Assembly (NCBI RefSeq): GCF_964204645.1
Contig: NC_134034.1
Location: 14,128,010-14,192,009, forward strand
DNA length: 64,000 nt
Direction of reading: 5' to 3'
Source: Tubulanus polymorphus
Taxonomy: Eukaryota; Animalia; Nemertea
Each line of letters opens with the position of its first letter. Within the stretch, counting starts at the first letter, position 1. Both the position numbers and the translations under genes were made by a program. Under the pieces are notes generated by a model. That model saw only the letters and a list, made by a program, of their open reading frames with translations. It was not told where the DNA came from and searched no databases. Of this stretch, positions 37,601 through 52,300 are shown piece by piece.

Positions 37601-40600
37601 TTATAAATGAAATTGATATGATCGTGAAAAATGGCAAATCGTTTTGTAGTTATTGTACAGATGAGTGGTGTGTGAAGAGGAGACAACAGAGTTGAGGAGG
37701 CATTGAGGTAGGGCTAGGTGGGAGGGCATTGAGGGAGGGGTCCAGGAGGGCGGGAGGGAAGGGGTCAGGGAGGGCGGGAGGGAAGGGGTTTGGGAGGGCG
37801 GGAGGGAAGGGGTCTGGGAGGGGAGGGTCGGGAGGTTAGATGAGTTAAAATGTTCTGATGTTTTAGTTAGACGGATGAGAATCTAATGAAGATGAAAGAA
37901 CATTAAATCACTGTTCAATCACAGGATGAAGTAATGCAGTGATCTGTACTCTGTATCTGTACACAATGTTACATGTATCTGTAACTGTACAATCAGTATG
38001 AAATAAGTACAGCTGTTTAATCTACAGAAATCCTGTACTGTTTCTGTCTGATTGATTGATAATTTGAGATGTTACATTCTGCGCTATTGTCACTGATTAT
38101 TGTTTCTTTTTCTTTTCAGAATGAAATGAATGCAATAGAATTTACTATTTAAACAGGCTCATTTAAGGTAAGTACAAAACTGGTAATGAATTTCTCCACA
38201 GAATTCTTCACAGTCTCTGTTGATATTTTGAATTATTTTTGAACTAAAAATTACTGTTTTACTCTCAGTTACAGGATGAGATACACACCGCAGCAGCAGC
38301 AACAGCAGCACTGGCAGTACCTGCAGTACCAGCACCATGCAGCAACAGCGCCACCAGCAACAGCAGCAGCACTGGCAGTACCAGCACCATGCAGCAACAG
38401 CAGCACCAGCAGCACTGGCAGTACCTGCAGTACCAGCACCATGCAGCAACAGCGCCACCAGCAGCTGCAACAGCAGCACTGGCAGTACCCGCAGTACCAG
38501 CACCATGCAGCCACAGCGCCACCAGCAGCTGCAGCAGCAGCACTGGCAGTACCTGCAGTACTAGCACCATGCAGCAACAGCGCTACCAGCAGCGGCAGCA
38601 GCAGGTAAAATCTGTTTGGAAATTCATTATTTTTAGAGAACTGTTCTATATAAATTATTCTATCTGTTTATGTTTCCAGCATTCAATCACTCAAAGATCA
38701 TGGCTTAGTTTGATTTGGTGTGAAACTGCTCTTATTTCATAACAACTTAACTGACAATTTCTAAAATTTGTATTTAGGAGCTGAAATAACTGGAACCCTT
38801 GATAGAATCTGTGAACAGTAATCATTGGGAATTCACTTCACATTTGTTTAAGATGGACATCGCTTTAGATCCTCAAAACCGATACGGTACCGGTAAATAT
38901 CTCTACAGATTCTAGTCTCTGTTTGACTGAATATTTATAAACTCATTTTCTGATTAGAAGCTACATTAATCAGTGAAGGCGAATTTTCAATCACTTCTAT
39001 TCTGGTCAAAGTTCGAATCATCAAAATTATGCAACTGTTGTATTCTAGGGTCTAAAATAAAGCTGAACTTGCAGTAAACATTGCGCTCCACAAATCAATC
39101 AAGTCAGAAGCGGTGAGTTTTATATCGATTTATTGCAGTAATTTGTGGTGATCTTCAAATCAAGTCCAGAAAATGATGTTTTGATCGGTCAATGTTGGCA
39201 GGTATCAACGTTTTACTTGAGGACGCAGTCTAAAGCTACCATCAAACCTCTCAGAAATCTGCATATACTCGACACATTGTGATAAACTACTCATTAACCT
39301 GGTAGGTTTTCTGTCAATCGAACAGTTGCAGTTTCTATCTATTTCATTAACCATTTTCTGGCATAATTTTCTCTTTCCAGAATGCAATACGCCCAACACA
39401 AATTGGAACTGGAGAAATTAAAAATATTCACCTTCAAAGAGTAAAGAAGCTCTAGTTGCTGAAGCTGCTGCTATCGTTTTAAGAATTTATTTTCTCAGAA
39501 AATCATCAGTTCTCTTAACTTCATGACATTATGACTGTTGGAAGTGAAATCCTGCTAGATGGCACTGAACTTATCTGATATGAGTTTAGAAATGGTGAGT
39601 ATTTCATCACTCCACTGTGCTCTAATTTCATAATATTCTAACATTTAATTATTCTGTACAGGATTTTTATGTGTGATTCTTAATTCTGCTAAACACAAGT
39701 TTGAAAATGATTGATTTTCTAATAGAATTTAGCCCCAATTTCAGACTGCTATAAATACATTACTTGGTATTTTCATAGTATAATGATTTTTTGCAGCATG
39801 AAATTTGTCCAATAGAACAGTTTGAAAAGTGATCAAAGATTGAATAATGGTGTTGAATTATCTAGAATTATAAGGTAATTATAAATTCTAGTTACCGAAT
39901 TATGTCATGAAAACAATTCCCATTTGACTGTTAATTCAATCGAACATTTTCTATGTAATATTTGCTGATGCAAGTTTTCTCTATTCTAGGACGAAGTGGG
40001 GATCGGGACCAATTTGCCATTTGACAGGGATAGTGACCAACCATCTACCTGGAGCCAAATGAATATTGTTTATCTGTGCCGACCGGCACGGGCAGCCTAC
40101 TGTTGTTCTGTTTGTGATGGTTTGATGATAGACTGTGTATCACATATCCATAAAAACAATAGAGTCATCCCCTGATTCGTCTCTCAAAGCTATGGTGTCA
40201 TTTTTGCTAATAGAAAAATAGCCTGACTCGGGCATAGAATATATAATTTAAACCCTGCTATATGCAAATTTAAAAGGCAAAATTCATTTATCAAGAATCA
40301 GAATCAAAATAATAAAAGTATAATGAAGAAATAACTAGAACAACCTATACGCACAAAATAACAAAACCTCTCAACCTTAGCACTGAACACTCGCTTTACT
40401 TTCCTAATTAACTTGTTTTTCCCTGTTTTAGTTTTTCTTCAGACTTGATAATGGTCTCTACAGAGACTCCAAAATGTTGTGTCTTTTACTTCTATTAAGT
40501 TTCTATATAGTGGGTTTTAAAGTTTTAATGAAAATTGAAATTGAAGATTAAATGTAGCTGTAAAGCAGCGATAACTGGTTGCAATAGTTTGTAATTGTTT

Positions 40601-43323
40601 GTACCCCACGACCCAGTTTTATTGGTCTGGTTTTGTAAAAAATTGTATGATACACATATTGTATAATGATGTAATATGGACATGTTTTAAGTAACTCAAT
40701 CAATGAAACCATAAAGTTGAAATATCGACAGGTTTTCTTTATTATGGGACTATAATATTTCGTGTGAACTGTTGTTCTGTTTTATTTGAAATAAAGATGA
40801 ATTTTCTGTGTTGTTTTAGTTGTGATTACAGACGCCAGCAGTTTCACACACACTCAGTGCGTCACACGTAAATCCCACGGGTTCAGTTTCATAGAAATAA
40901 TTTACTCATAAAACTTTACTCAATTCGACTTCACCGCCTCAATGAATGAATATTTTTGAAGAAACTGAGCCTAGGGTATAGAGTTTCACAAACCAATTGC
41001 GTTCAAACATTTTATTTTGAAGAAAAAAGTAAATCCCTAGTTGAAATTGATTCATACTTTCTCTGTGAAACTGGACTCGACGGGATTAAATACTCGCTAT
41101 TCAGTGTGCGAAACTGCAGCATCTAAATCTGATTGAAACTCCGCATCATAAACCAAATCCTACCGATTGTACGGTTTCACATATACGGATTAGTTATCAA
41201 AGATCAACAAAAAAGAAAAACTGAGTTCATGAAGTTCATCTGTTTTTGTGAGATGTGATCCAGATAAAATTTCTTCACAAATTCAGTTAATGCATCCTTT
41301 TTTGTGAAACTGCGACCCCTGGTGTCTACTCGAGGGATTCATTTTTTCTTTCTTACCCTGGTATGCGAGGGATTCAATTCGATGGTCCAACTACTATTCT
41401 TAAAAGGGCAGGGTCCAGTTCCACAGTTGTTGAGTTAAGATTTAACCCTGGGCCCAGTTTCACAAAAAGGATTAAGGCCTAAATCGATTTAAGATAAACT
41501 GAATTAATGAAGAAATTAAATCGATTTAAGAGTTAAACCATTTTGTGAAACTGGGCCCTGGGGTAACTCATTGAAAGTGAATTAACTTTAACTCTAACTC
41601 ACAACTGTGGAACTAGGCCGGGTGTGTTACATGACAATGAGGAATAAATATAGATAATTGTTGCTGTAAGTCGTGTGTGCGTTATTTAATCATTTTTCGT
41701 GGCGGGGTCGAACCCAGGACACCTGTACATCCTCTATTCAGTATCAAGACCACTCTGAACCAGTATCAGTAATTACTGGTTCGAACCCGGGATACCCCTG
41801 TACATCCTCCATTCAGCATCAGGACCAATCAGTTATCAGTAATTACTTTTAAGATATCAACATTTCACCGTACGGTGCTGCCTCTATGCTCATCGGTAGC
41901 GGGATTTTCATACACTAACGTTAGTCAACTCTGGCAAGCAAGGGTTACGGAGTATAGCTGGACAGCACGACGATTGCCAGAGTTGACTTCAGTTAGTGTA
42001 TGGAAATCCCGCTAACGATGAGCATAGCGGCAGCACCGTACGGTCGGGACACCCCTGTACATCCTCCATTCAGCATCAGGACAACTTGGACCACTACTGA
42101 GTTCGAACCCGGGACACCCCTGTACAAAGACCACTCTGAACCAGTATCAGTAATTACTTGGTTCGAACGCGGGACACCCCGTACCCATTATGACGCGATT
42201 AGACACGTGTTCGATAGTCGTCCTCATTCAGAAGATGAATTTAATTGTGAAACATGGTCATATCCAGGAATAGTTAAACCCGGCCATCAATGTCTCGACT
42301 AAAACCGTGTCTATAACGATATTTTTATACTGTTAATCGTCATATTCATCTTCTTTACGATAACCTACAACGATACGATTTCAAACTGTGTTCTACCCGT
42401 ACTCGTAGTAGGCCTAACTACCAATTTCACGTTGTTTGGACCCATTTTAGGACAGTGTAACTTCAACCTAGAGCGATTTCACCCACCCCGAGTGCTACTT
42501 GATAAAAGTTCCTGTGTATCAAGTTAAATCGTAATCGGTCCATTGGGTCAAGAGATATAGACATTTATCCAAAGCGACACCTATATGGAAAAGAGTGGAA
42601 ATTGTTGCATACCAACCGTAAAGTAGATATTGTGGTTTTTATATATATTGAATAATGTCACCAACTCTTTTATTCATTTAGAAATAATCTACTGTATTGA
42701 GCGAAGTATCTTTTAAATAAATTGGCCTCCACTAGATAAAGCAAATATATGTGTTCAAAATATATAAGTTAGTATAGAATCAGTTGACCAAAAAATAACC
42801 CGAGTCAAACAGATGATCATCGTACTACAAAAACCTCGCTGGGCCAAAAATTAACCCCAACCTGAGGAACTAACCCTAACCCTAGATCGACCGTAACCCT
42901 AACCCTAGCAGGACTCGAACCATCGACCTCCAGCATGCCAGCCGAGCACGCTAACCACTAGACCGCTGAGTTCTGGTGGCTGTCCTAGTTTGTGAATACG
43001 TGTAGTCAGTGTGGTACAAGGCCAACACTAGGGTTACTGAGTTTATCAAACAGGCCAACACTAGGGTTACTGCGTTTATTAAACAGGCCAACACTCGCGT
43101 CAGTGTTTGTTTCTTGGTAATAGCCTTTTTAGTGCCCTGGGGCCAGTTCCATGGGTGATGGCTTAGGAGGTGAATCTAAGCTTTTCTCATATCGGTATTT
43201 GTACATAACTCAATCGTGAACGTCTTTCTGTATTCCAAGACTGATTCTATTGGCTAATACAGTCAAACTAAATCGTTTAATCCGCATCGGCTTAATCCGA
43301 ATTTTGGTCTAATCCGGATAATA
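31639..43323. repeat. Composite unit copy U2
   Basis: Begins mid-H module at the end of the 18-mer array. Ends at the same truncated-H junction (GGATAATA|CTGTGTTCTACCC) as U0 at 8310. Confidence 0.95.
32360..40795 (+). ncRNA. Candidate multi-exon non-coding transcript, U2 copy
   Basis: Same splice-site chain retained as in U1. Confidence 0.5.
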
Positions 43324-46300
43324 CTGTGTTCTACCCTGTGTTCTACCCGTACTCGTAGTAGGCCTAACTACCAATTTCACGTTGTTTGGAGCCATTTTAG
43401 GACAGTGTAACTTCAACCTAGAGCGATTTCACCCACCCCGAGTGCTACTTGATAAAAGCTCCTGTGTATCAAGTTTAATCGTAATCGGTCCATTGGGTCA
43501 AGAGATATAGACATTTATCCAAAGCGACACCTATATGGAAAAGAGTGGAAATTGTTGCATACCAACCGTAAAATAGATATTGTGGTTTTTATATATATTG
43601 AATGATGTCACCAACTCTTTCATTCATTCAGAAATAAACTACTGTATTGAGCGAAGTATCTTTTAAATAAAGTGGCCTCCACTAGATAAAGCAAATATAT
43701 GTGTTCAAAATATGTAAGTTAGTATAGAATCTATTGACCAAAAAATAACCCGAGTCAAACAGATGATCATCGTACTACAAATTCCTCGCTGGGCCAAAAA
43801 TTAGCCCCAACCTGAGGCACTAACCCTAACCCTAGATCGATCGTAACCCTAACCCTAACAGGACTCGAACCTGCGACCTCCAGCATGCCGGCCGAGCACG
43901 CTAACCACTAGACCACTGAGTTCTGATGGCTGCCCTGGTTTGTGAATATGGTTGGTCAGTGTGGTAACAGGCCAACACTAGGGTTTCTGCGTTTATTAAA
44001 CAGGCCAACACTCGTCAGTGTTTGTTTCTTGGTAATTTTAGTGCCCTGGGGCCAGTTCGATGGGCGAAGACTGATTCTATTGGCTAATACAGTCAAACTA
44101 AATCGTTTAATCCGCATCGGCATAATCCGATTTTTGGTGTAATCCGGATAATATTTACAGTCAATTTAATCATTAATATACACGAAAATGACTTTTAATC
44201 CGGATTTGCCGTAAAACGGATGAATTTTGTTGGTCCCAATGATCGGAATTAGTGAGATTCTATCATACCATTTACTCTCCTTATATAAAGCTCTAATGTT
44301 GGTCGAGTTATTAATTTCTAACAAACTAGTGTTGAGTGATGAATGAAATTTGACTTAAGAAAAATCTGTATTCCTCACATGCCGCAGTAAAATAGCAAGA
44401 CTGCATCAAATTACAACCGTTCAGTGCTGCCCCATTGAATAACGATAGCGGAATTTCTGTGAACTAAAGTAGTAATTCCCGAAACCTCGAAACGAATGAT
44501 TAGATTGGTAAAGAGCGTGGGTTTCATTAGAATAAATTCTTTGAATATTGCGTAGAATATAAAACCTAATCTAATCGAAAAGAAGCCGAGACCTGCACTA
44601 GACTGGTTGCCATTTCTACCTGCTAGTACAGGTGGCGGTGACCAGTCTAGCGGCGGGAATCCCAATCTGAGGTACACTATGACGCAATATCAAAATGGCG
44701 TGCTTTACCATATAACACGAAATTAAGCAAAAACCTCACCTAATACAAACATTGCCACCCTCCTTCCCGACCCCTGAAATCAGTATTTCAATATATGGTA
44801 AGTGTTTGTAACATTGGTTTAAATGGCGAAAAATATTCCATCTCAGATATTGTGGGAAACCAAATTATTTCAGAGTCACATCCTACAAACAAACGATGCA
44901 CTTGGTGGCGCTCAGTCAAGCATAACGTCATTCCATCCTGATATATCTAGACCACGATGGGCTTCACCTCGCTGTTTTGTGATGAATTTGTTCTAAAATG
45001 ATTCCATCGACTGATTACATCAAACAGTGAAAACAGTGTAAGTTTATTTCATCTGTAGCTTAACCTATAGGCCTATTAATCGCAGTCAAACATGTAGGAC
45101 ACCAACATCCTCCCATGGGAGGGATTTGAACCTGATGACATTGCTTGCTACACTCAGCCACGGCACGAACCCCTGCCACACTAGACCGGGTGCGCAGGTA
45201 CATGCGCAGCTTTACCGCGCGAAATCTTGCGGCACCAAACAGATTGCTCGTTAATCGCTGAGGTAAATTTCATGGAAGAACTATAAATGGGAAAACCCGG
45301 GCTAAAATAAAACTGAATTTCTGATTGGCTATTAATGACATCATCTAAGATGCGCGTGTAGCTGCTGCGCACTCGGTCTAGTGTGGCAGGGTTTCGTACC
45401 GTGGCAATCTGGATGCCATCAGGTTCGAGTCCCTGCCGTGGGAGGATGGATGCCTCTACTTGCCTCCATTCGTCTGTGATATTGATGATGATGATGATGA
45501 TCATCATCGGTTTCAGAAACAGATAATATTTAAACTGTTCGTTTTTTCATTACTTTCTTGTTTATATTTCATGTTGAACTCTAGATGCAAAACCTAAACT
45601 GTGGATAGAAAAACCCCGTGAATAAATGAACTGCAGATTGGAGCGAACAATCTAATTTGTAAGTTTGAATTTTAGATTTGATATTTCTGCAGTTATTTCT
45701 AAGGAAAGAAAACAATCTTAGATTTGTCTATTATAGGTATCACTTCAACATGTTCAACGGGAATTTTGATTCAGCACAGGAAAACAAGAATCACTCTTGG
45801 ATTCAGCACAGGACAACAAGGAATCAGTGTTTCACAATCAGACTTTTGGTTTTGCGCCGGACATCGGGAATCATTCTTTGATTCAGCACAGGACAACAAG
45901 GAATCAGTGTTTTACTACCAGACTTTTTTTGATTTAGCACAGGACATCGGGAATCACTCTTGGATTCAGCATGACATCAGGAATCACTATAGCCTATGTG
46001 GAAATTCAAGATAAGTAACATTAATCTTTATTTATCGGTTGTTGAATTGATTTTAAGGGACCAATTTTATATTGTTTGTTATAAACCATGTTTTGAAATG
46101 AAATCTCAGAACCTGTTGCAGTTATTCAATCATTTCAAATTTCTTTTGGTGAATATTTGACTATAATCAGTTCATGATTGGGATTGTTATTTCTGTAAGC
46201 GGGTTTACAGGTTTTCTAAATTGTGATCAACTAAAATGTTATTTCTAATCAATATGAAACTGGTTCCTGATGTCAATAATACATCTGTTATCAATCATGT

Positions 46301-49300
46301 TCCTTCGTAATAATCAGATCATGTGTATCTTAAGAGTTAGAATTTCTATAGATTAAACTGCTGTACTAATTTCATACTGATTGAACATTTACAGATACAT
46401 GTAACATTGTGTACAGATACAGAGTACAGATCACTGCATTACTTCATCCTGTGATTGAACAGTGATTTAATGTTCTCTCATCTTCATTAGATTCCCATCG
46501 GTCTAACTAAAACATCAGAACATTTCAACTCATCTAACCGTGGGGTTCGGGAAGGGTGGGTAGGGTTGGGGGAGGGAAGGGGTAGAGGGAGGGAGGGTTG
46601 GGGTGGGGGACGGTGGGAGGGAAGGGGTCTGGGAGGAAGGGTGGGAGAGATGGGGTGAGGGAGGGCGGGAGGGAAGGGGTGTGGGAGGGAGGGCGGGAGG
46701 GAAGGGGTCCGGGAGGGATGGGGTCCCGGAGGGTGGGAGGGATGTAGGGGTGGTGGTTGGACTTGGGAGGGTGGGAGGGATGTAGGGGTGGTGGTAGGAC
46801 TTTGGAGGGAGCGATATAGGGTGGGGGTTTAGGGTTTAGGTACAGGTACAGGTGGTTTAGTCGTAGTTTTAGTCTTGAAGTTCAGGATATTTCAGAAAAT
46901 GTGTCCCATCTTTTTATTATTCTAAGAAAGGATTAATCATTATGAAACACGTGACTGCAACATGTCATGTTTCAGTTGTTATGCATGACAAGCTGTATAA
47001 CCATCGGCCAATTGGACTCGTTCTATTTTACTAGTTGTTATTTCTATGAGACCCGGGTTTGATCCCCGGTGAGTGCGCACGTTATTTCACCGTCACTTCT
47101 CTCAATCGTTATGAGATAATTGCCCCAGATTTCTGAATTGGGACGTTTCAATTATGAGGGCCATTATTTAATGATGTCAGGAATGAGAGATATTTTTTGA
47201 ATGATCACAAACTGCTCCTTGGCTCCGATCAAAAAACGGTTTCATTAATAATTCAATGAAACAACAATCATACGTAATAATTACTGTTGATATCTGGCCG
47301 TTTACTGATACATTTCCAGCTGAAAGATGTATTTTCTTCTGTGCTATTTTAAAAACGGCTGTAAATACTGAGAACTGTATAGGACGACTTAGAAAATTGT
47401 TGACGAGAGTCGAGATGCAGTTCACATTCATCGCTGCTTCCTCTTTTTTCTGCAGATTCTTAGACAGAGACCTACTCTTCATTTTTGGAAGAAGAGTATA
47501 GAACTCATTAGAATAAGTGATATGTTTTGTAATCACTTTTATTGACACAATTCTTCATTTGCCTTCATGGCACAGTATATCACTATTCATAGATATCTTT
47601 AATAATTAGTTATCCTTTTTTAAGATGGGACACAATTTCTGAAATAAACTGTACAATTTTTAGGTGGGACAAAGATTGACACGGAGATACTATTGTTCTA
47701 TTATTATATTCATTTTAGAATAGGATGATATTCTATTTCTACCTGTGACTTATAATTCTATTCTAGACAGAATTTAAGGGGCTGCGAACTAATTATACTT
47801 CTATCAGGAAATATTTTACTGAATTTAAAAGCCGTAAAAACAGATGATCTTCAACCAGATGTAGTTTTTACAGTTAGGCTACGGCAATCTTCCTACTACA
47901 ATGAGACTCTGATAAAGCGTGGGGGAGGTGTATCTAGTGTATTTTGCCATTTTTCACGATCATATCAGTTTATGAAAGTTATTTCATCCTCCGCTGTTAT
48001 TTAAAATATTATCAGCGCTCGATCAATTTGTTAGTTTATAGCTTTTAGACTTCGATCAATGCATCATTTTCTGGTAGACTCAAATTAGTCAGAATTATTT
48101 CAGATTTTATCAATTAGTCCAAGATTTTGAGCCCATTCAGTGTGAACATAATTCTTCACTTTATTCTAGTGATGAGTGTTTAGTTCAATTCCCCTATTCA
48201 ACATATGCAACGCTCAATTTCTCATGTTATTTGCTAATCAAACCAGAGCCATAAAACTGACTTACCTTTAACGAGGGCCATGAGCTATATCTACCCTCCG
48301 TGGTCACCAAATCAGAATCATAGACCAAACTTTGACTCTGGTCATCAAAACAGGGCTATGAACCAAACTTTGACTCTTTGGTCACCAAAACAGGGCTATG
48401 AACCAAAGTTTGACTCTTTGGTCACTAAACCTGAGCTATGAACCAAACTTTGACTCTTTGGTCACCAAACCTGGGCTATGAACCAAACTTTGACGCTTAG
48501 GTCACAAAACAAAGGCCATGAATGAAAGATCTAACGTTTTTTAAAGTTATTTCTGTTGCCTTCATGACTCAATATTTGAGAATGGAACAAATGACGTAGT
48601 TAATGAAAGATTCATCTGTATCAGTGTTGCTGCTGGTGCTGCTGCAGCTGCTGCTGCTGGTGCAACTAACACAACCTTTTGCTGTTTGTCTCTAAAAGAT
48701 TAAACTTGATCCCAGTCGGAACGGATGAGAATTTTAGTGAGACGACAAATAAGGAAAAGCCATATGAAAAAATGTAAAGCGAATGCGTGAATAAAATAAA
48801 ACAGCATGAAATGCTGATATAAAGAGTGGGGTCCGAGAGCAATTCGAAGGTTTAGTGTCCTGCACGCTGAGCGAGTGGGCAGGGGTCTATTCCTACCTCG
48901 ACTCAAAAAAGATAAAATATAAAGAGAAGGGTCGAGAGCAATTCGAAGGTTTAGTGTCCTGCACGCTTAGCGAGCGGGCAGGGGTCTATTCCTACCTCGA
49001 CTCATGTGCTAAAAGTCAGAGAAAAGAGTAAAAACGAAAAATGGCAAATGAAGGAAAAATGGCTGGAGTTTGATTTGTTCCACTGGGTTTAAGTGTTAAC
49101 TTGAAAAGACAATCAAACAGATTATTTAATGACGTATATATTTTGCATCAGCAGTTTAAAAACATTGATTAATAACTTTTATGAATAGGATTCCATAAAC
49201 TACTTGCTTATATGAAACCTCTAGTAGAGAGTATTGAAATAGTCCACAATGGTTTCATTTAGTGACGTCATGTTGAATTGGTGAAGCAACATAAATAGCA

Positions 49301-52300
49301 TTAATTGTTTTGATCTCAGCCATCATTCTTGTCCTTGGTTTGTGTTTGCCTTTCTCACAATATTTTGTGAGTGTGGAGGTTTGGTTCGGGTTTATTTCCT
49401 CGGTTCGGGTGAACCCTCCGTATACCTCCCCCTACCTTACAACATTAGGTTCCTCAGGTTTGGTTTGATGTTTTGTAGATGAAACCTCTACAACTCAAAC
49501 TCGCATCATTTGATGAAATGAAATCTGTTTACAGACGACTGCTGCAACTTGTCGTGAAACTGAGATGTATTGTGAATACTTATTAGAGGGAGTAGAAATA
49601 ATAGGAATAATTTGAATAATTCAATGAAATTGATGTGATTTTCAAGACTGCACTAGGCAAATGATCATTTGAATGCCTACGAAATTGTAGAAAAGTATCT
49701 GTGAGTTCCATCAATGATGCAATTGATTAAGGATTTCAATTTATATATGAAATTGATATGATCATGAAAAATGGCAAATCGTTTTGTAGTTATTGTACAG
49801 ATGTGTGGTGTGTGAAGAGGAGACAAGAGTGTTGAGGAGGCATTGAGGGAGGGCATTGAGGGAGGGCTATGATGGGAGGGCATTGAGGGAGGGCTATGAT
49901 GGGAGGGCATTGAGGGAGGGAATTGGGGTGGGAATGGGGTGTGGGAGGGAAGGGGTAAGGGAGGGCAGGAGGGAAGGGGCGATGGAGGGCGGGAGGGAAG
50001 GGGTCGGGGAGGGTGGGATGGTAGGGGTCTGGGAGGGCGGGAGGGAAGGGGTCCGGGAGGGTCGGGTCGGGAGGTTAGATGAGTTAAAATGTTCTGATGT
50101 TTTAGTTAGACGGATGGGAATCTAATGAAGATGAGAGAACATTAAATCACTGTTCAATCACAGGATGAAGTAATGCAGTGATCTGTACTCTGTATCTGTA
50201 CACAATGTTACATGTATCTGTAACTGTACAATCAGTATGAAATAAGTACAGCAGTTTAATCTACAGAAATCATGTACTGTTTCTGTCTGATTGATTGATA
50301 ATTTGAGATGTTACATTCTGCTCTATTGTCACTGATTATTGTTTCTTTTTCTTTTCAGAATGAAATGAATGCAATAGAATTTACTATTTAAACAGGCTCA
50401 TTTAAAGGTAAGTACAAAACTGTTAATGAATTTCTCCACAGAATTCTTCACAGTCTCTGTTGATATTTTGAATTATTTTTGAACTAACAATTACTGTTTT
50501 ACTCTCAGTTACAGGATAAGATACACACCGCAGCAGCAGCAGCAACAGCAGCACTGGCAGTACCTGCAGTACCAGCACCATGCAGCAACAGCGCCACCAG
50601 CTGCAACAGCAGCTGTAGCAGGTAAAACCTGTTTGGAAATTCATTATTTTTAGAGAACTGTTCTATATAAATTATTCGTTTCCAGCATTCAATCACTCAA
50701 AGATCACGGCTTAGTTTGATTTGGTGTGAAACTGCTCTTATTTCATAACAGCTTCACTGACAATTTCTAAAAATTTTAAACATTGGGAATTCACTTCACA
50801 TTTGTTTAAGATGGACATCGCTTTAGATCCTAAAAACCAATACGGTACCGGTAAATATCTCTACAGATTCTAGTCTCTGTTTGACTGTACATTTATAAAC
50901 TCATTTCCTGATTAGAAGCTACATTAATCAGTGAAGGCGAATTTTCAATCACTTCTATTCTGGTCAAAGTTCGAATCATCAAAATTATACAACTGTTGTA
51001 TTCTAGGGTCTAAAATAAAGCTGAACTTGCAGTAAACATTGCGCTCCACAAATCAAACAAGTCAGAAGCGGTGAGTTTTATATCGATTTATTGCAGTAAT
51101 TTGTGGTGATCTTCAAATCAAGTCCAGAAAATGATGTTTTGATCGGTCAATGTTGGCAGGTATCAACGTTTTACTAGAGGACGCAGTCTAAAGCTACCAT
51201 CAAACCTCTCAGAAATCTGCATATACTCGACACATTGTGATAAACTACTCATTAACCTGGTAGGTTTTCTGTCAATCGAACACAAACAAGTTGCAGTTTC
51301 TATCTATTTCATTAACCATTTTCTGGCATAATTTTCTCTTTCCAGAATGCAATACGCCCAACACTTATTGGAACTGGAGAAATTAAAAATATTCACCAAG
51401 CTCTAGTTGCTGAAGCTGCTGCTATCGTTTTAAGAATTCATTTTCTCAGAAAATCATCAGTTCTCTTAACTTCATGACATTATGACTGTTGGAAGTGAAA
51501 TCCTGCTAGATGGCACTGAACTAATCTGATATGAGTTTAGATATGGTGAGTATTTCATCACTCCACTGTGCTCTAATATTCTGTACAGAATTTTTATGTG
51601 TTATTCTCAGGAAAGCAGCTGCTGCCGCCGCTGCTGCCGCCGCCGCTGCTGCCGCCGCCGCCGCAGCCCCCGCCGCCGCTTAATTCTGCTCAACACAAGT
51701 TTGAAAATGATTGATTTTCTAATAGAATTTAGCCCCAATTTCAGACTGCTATGAATACATTACTTAGTATTTTCATAGTATAATGATTTTTTGCAGCATG
51801 AAATTTGTCCAATAGAACAGTTTGAAAAGTGATCTAAGATTGAATAATGGTGTTGAATTATCTAGAATTATAAGGTAATTATAAATTCTAGTTACCGAAT
51901 TATGTCATGAAAACAATTCCCATTTGACTGTTAATTCAATCAAACATTTTCAATGTAATATTTGCTGACGCAAGTTTTCTCTATTCTAGGACGAAGTGGG
52001 GATCGGGACCAATTTGCCATTTGACAGGGACAGGAACCAGCCATCTACCTGGAGATTGATATGCTGCCACTTGTTTCAGATCTGCAATTTTTAAGTTTAA
52101 AGCCAAATAGATATTGTTCATATGTGCCGACCGGCATGGGCAGCCTACTGTTGTTCTGTTTGTGATGGTTCACATATACATAAAAACAATAGAGTCATCC
52201 CCTGATCCCCTGATCTCTCAAAGCTGTGGTGTCATTTTTGCTAATAGAATAATAGCCTGACTCAGGCATAGAATATATAATTTAAACCCTGCTATATGCA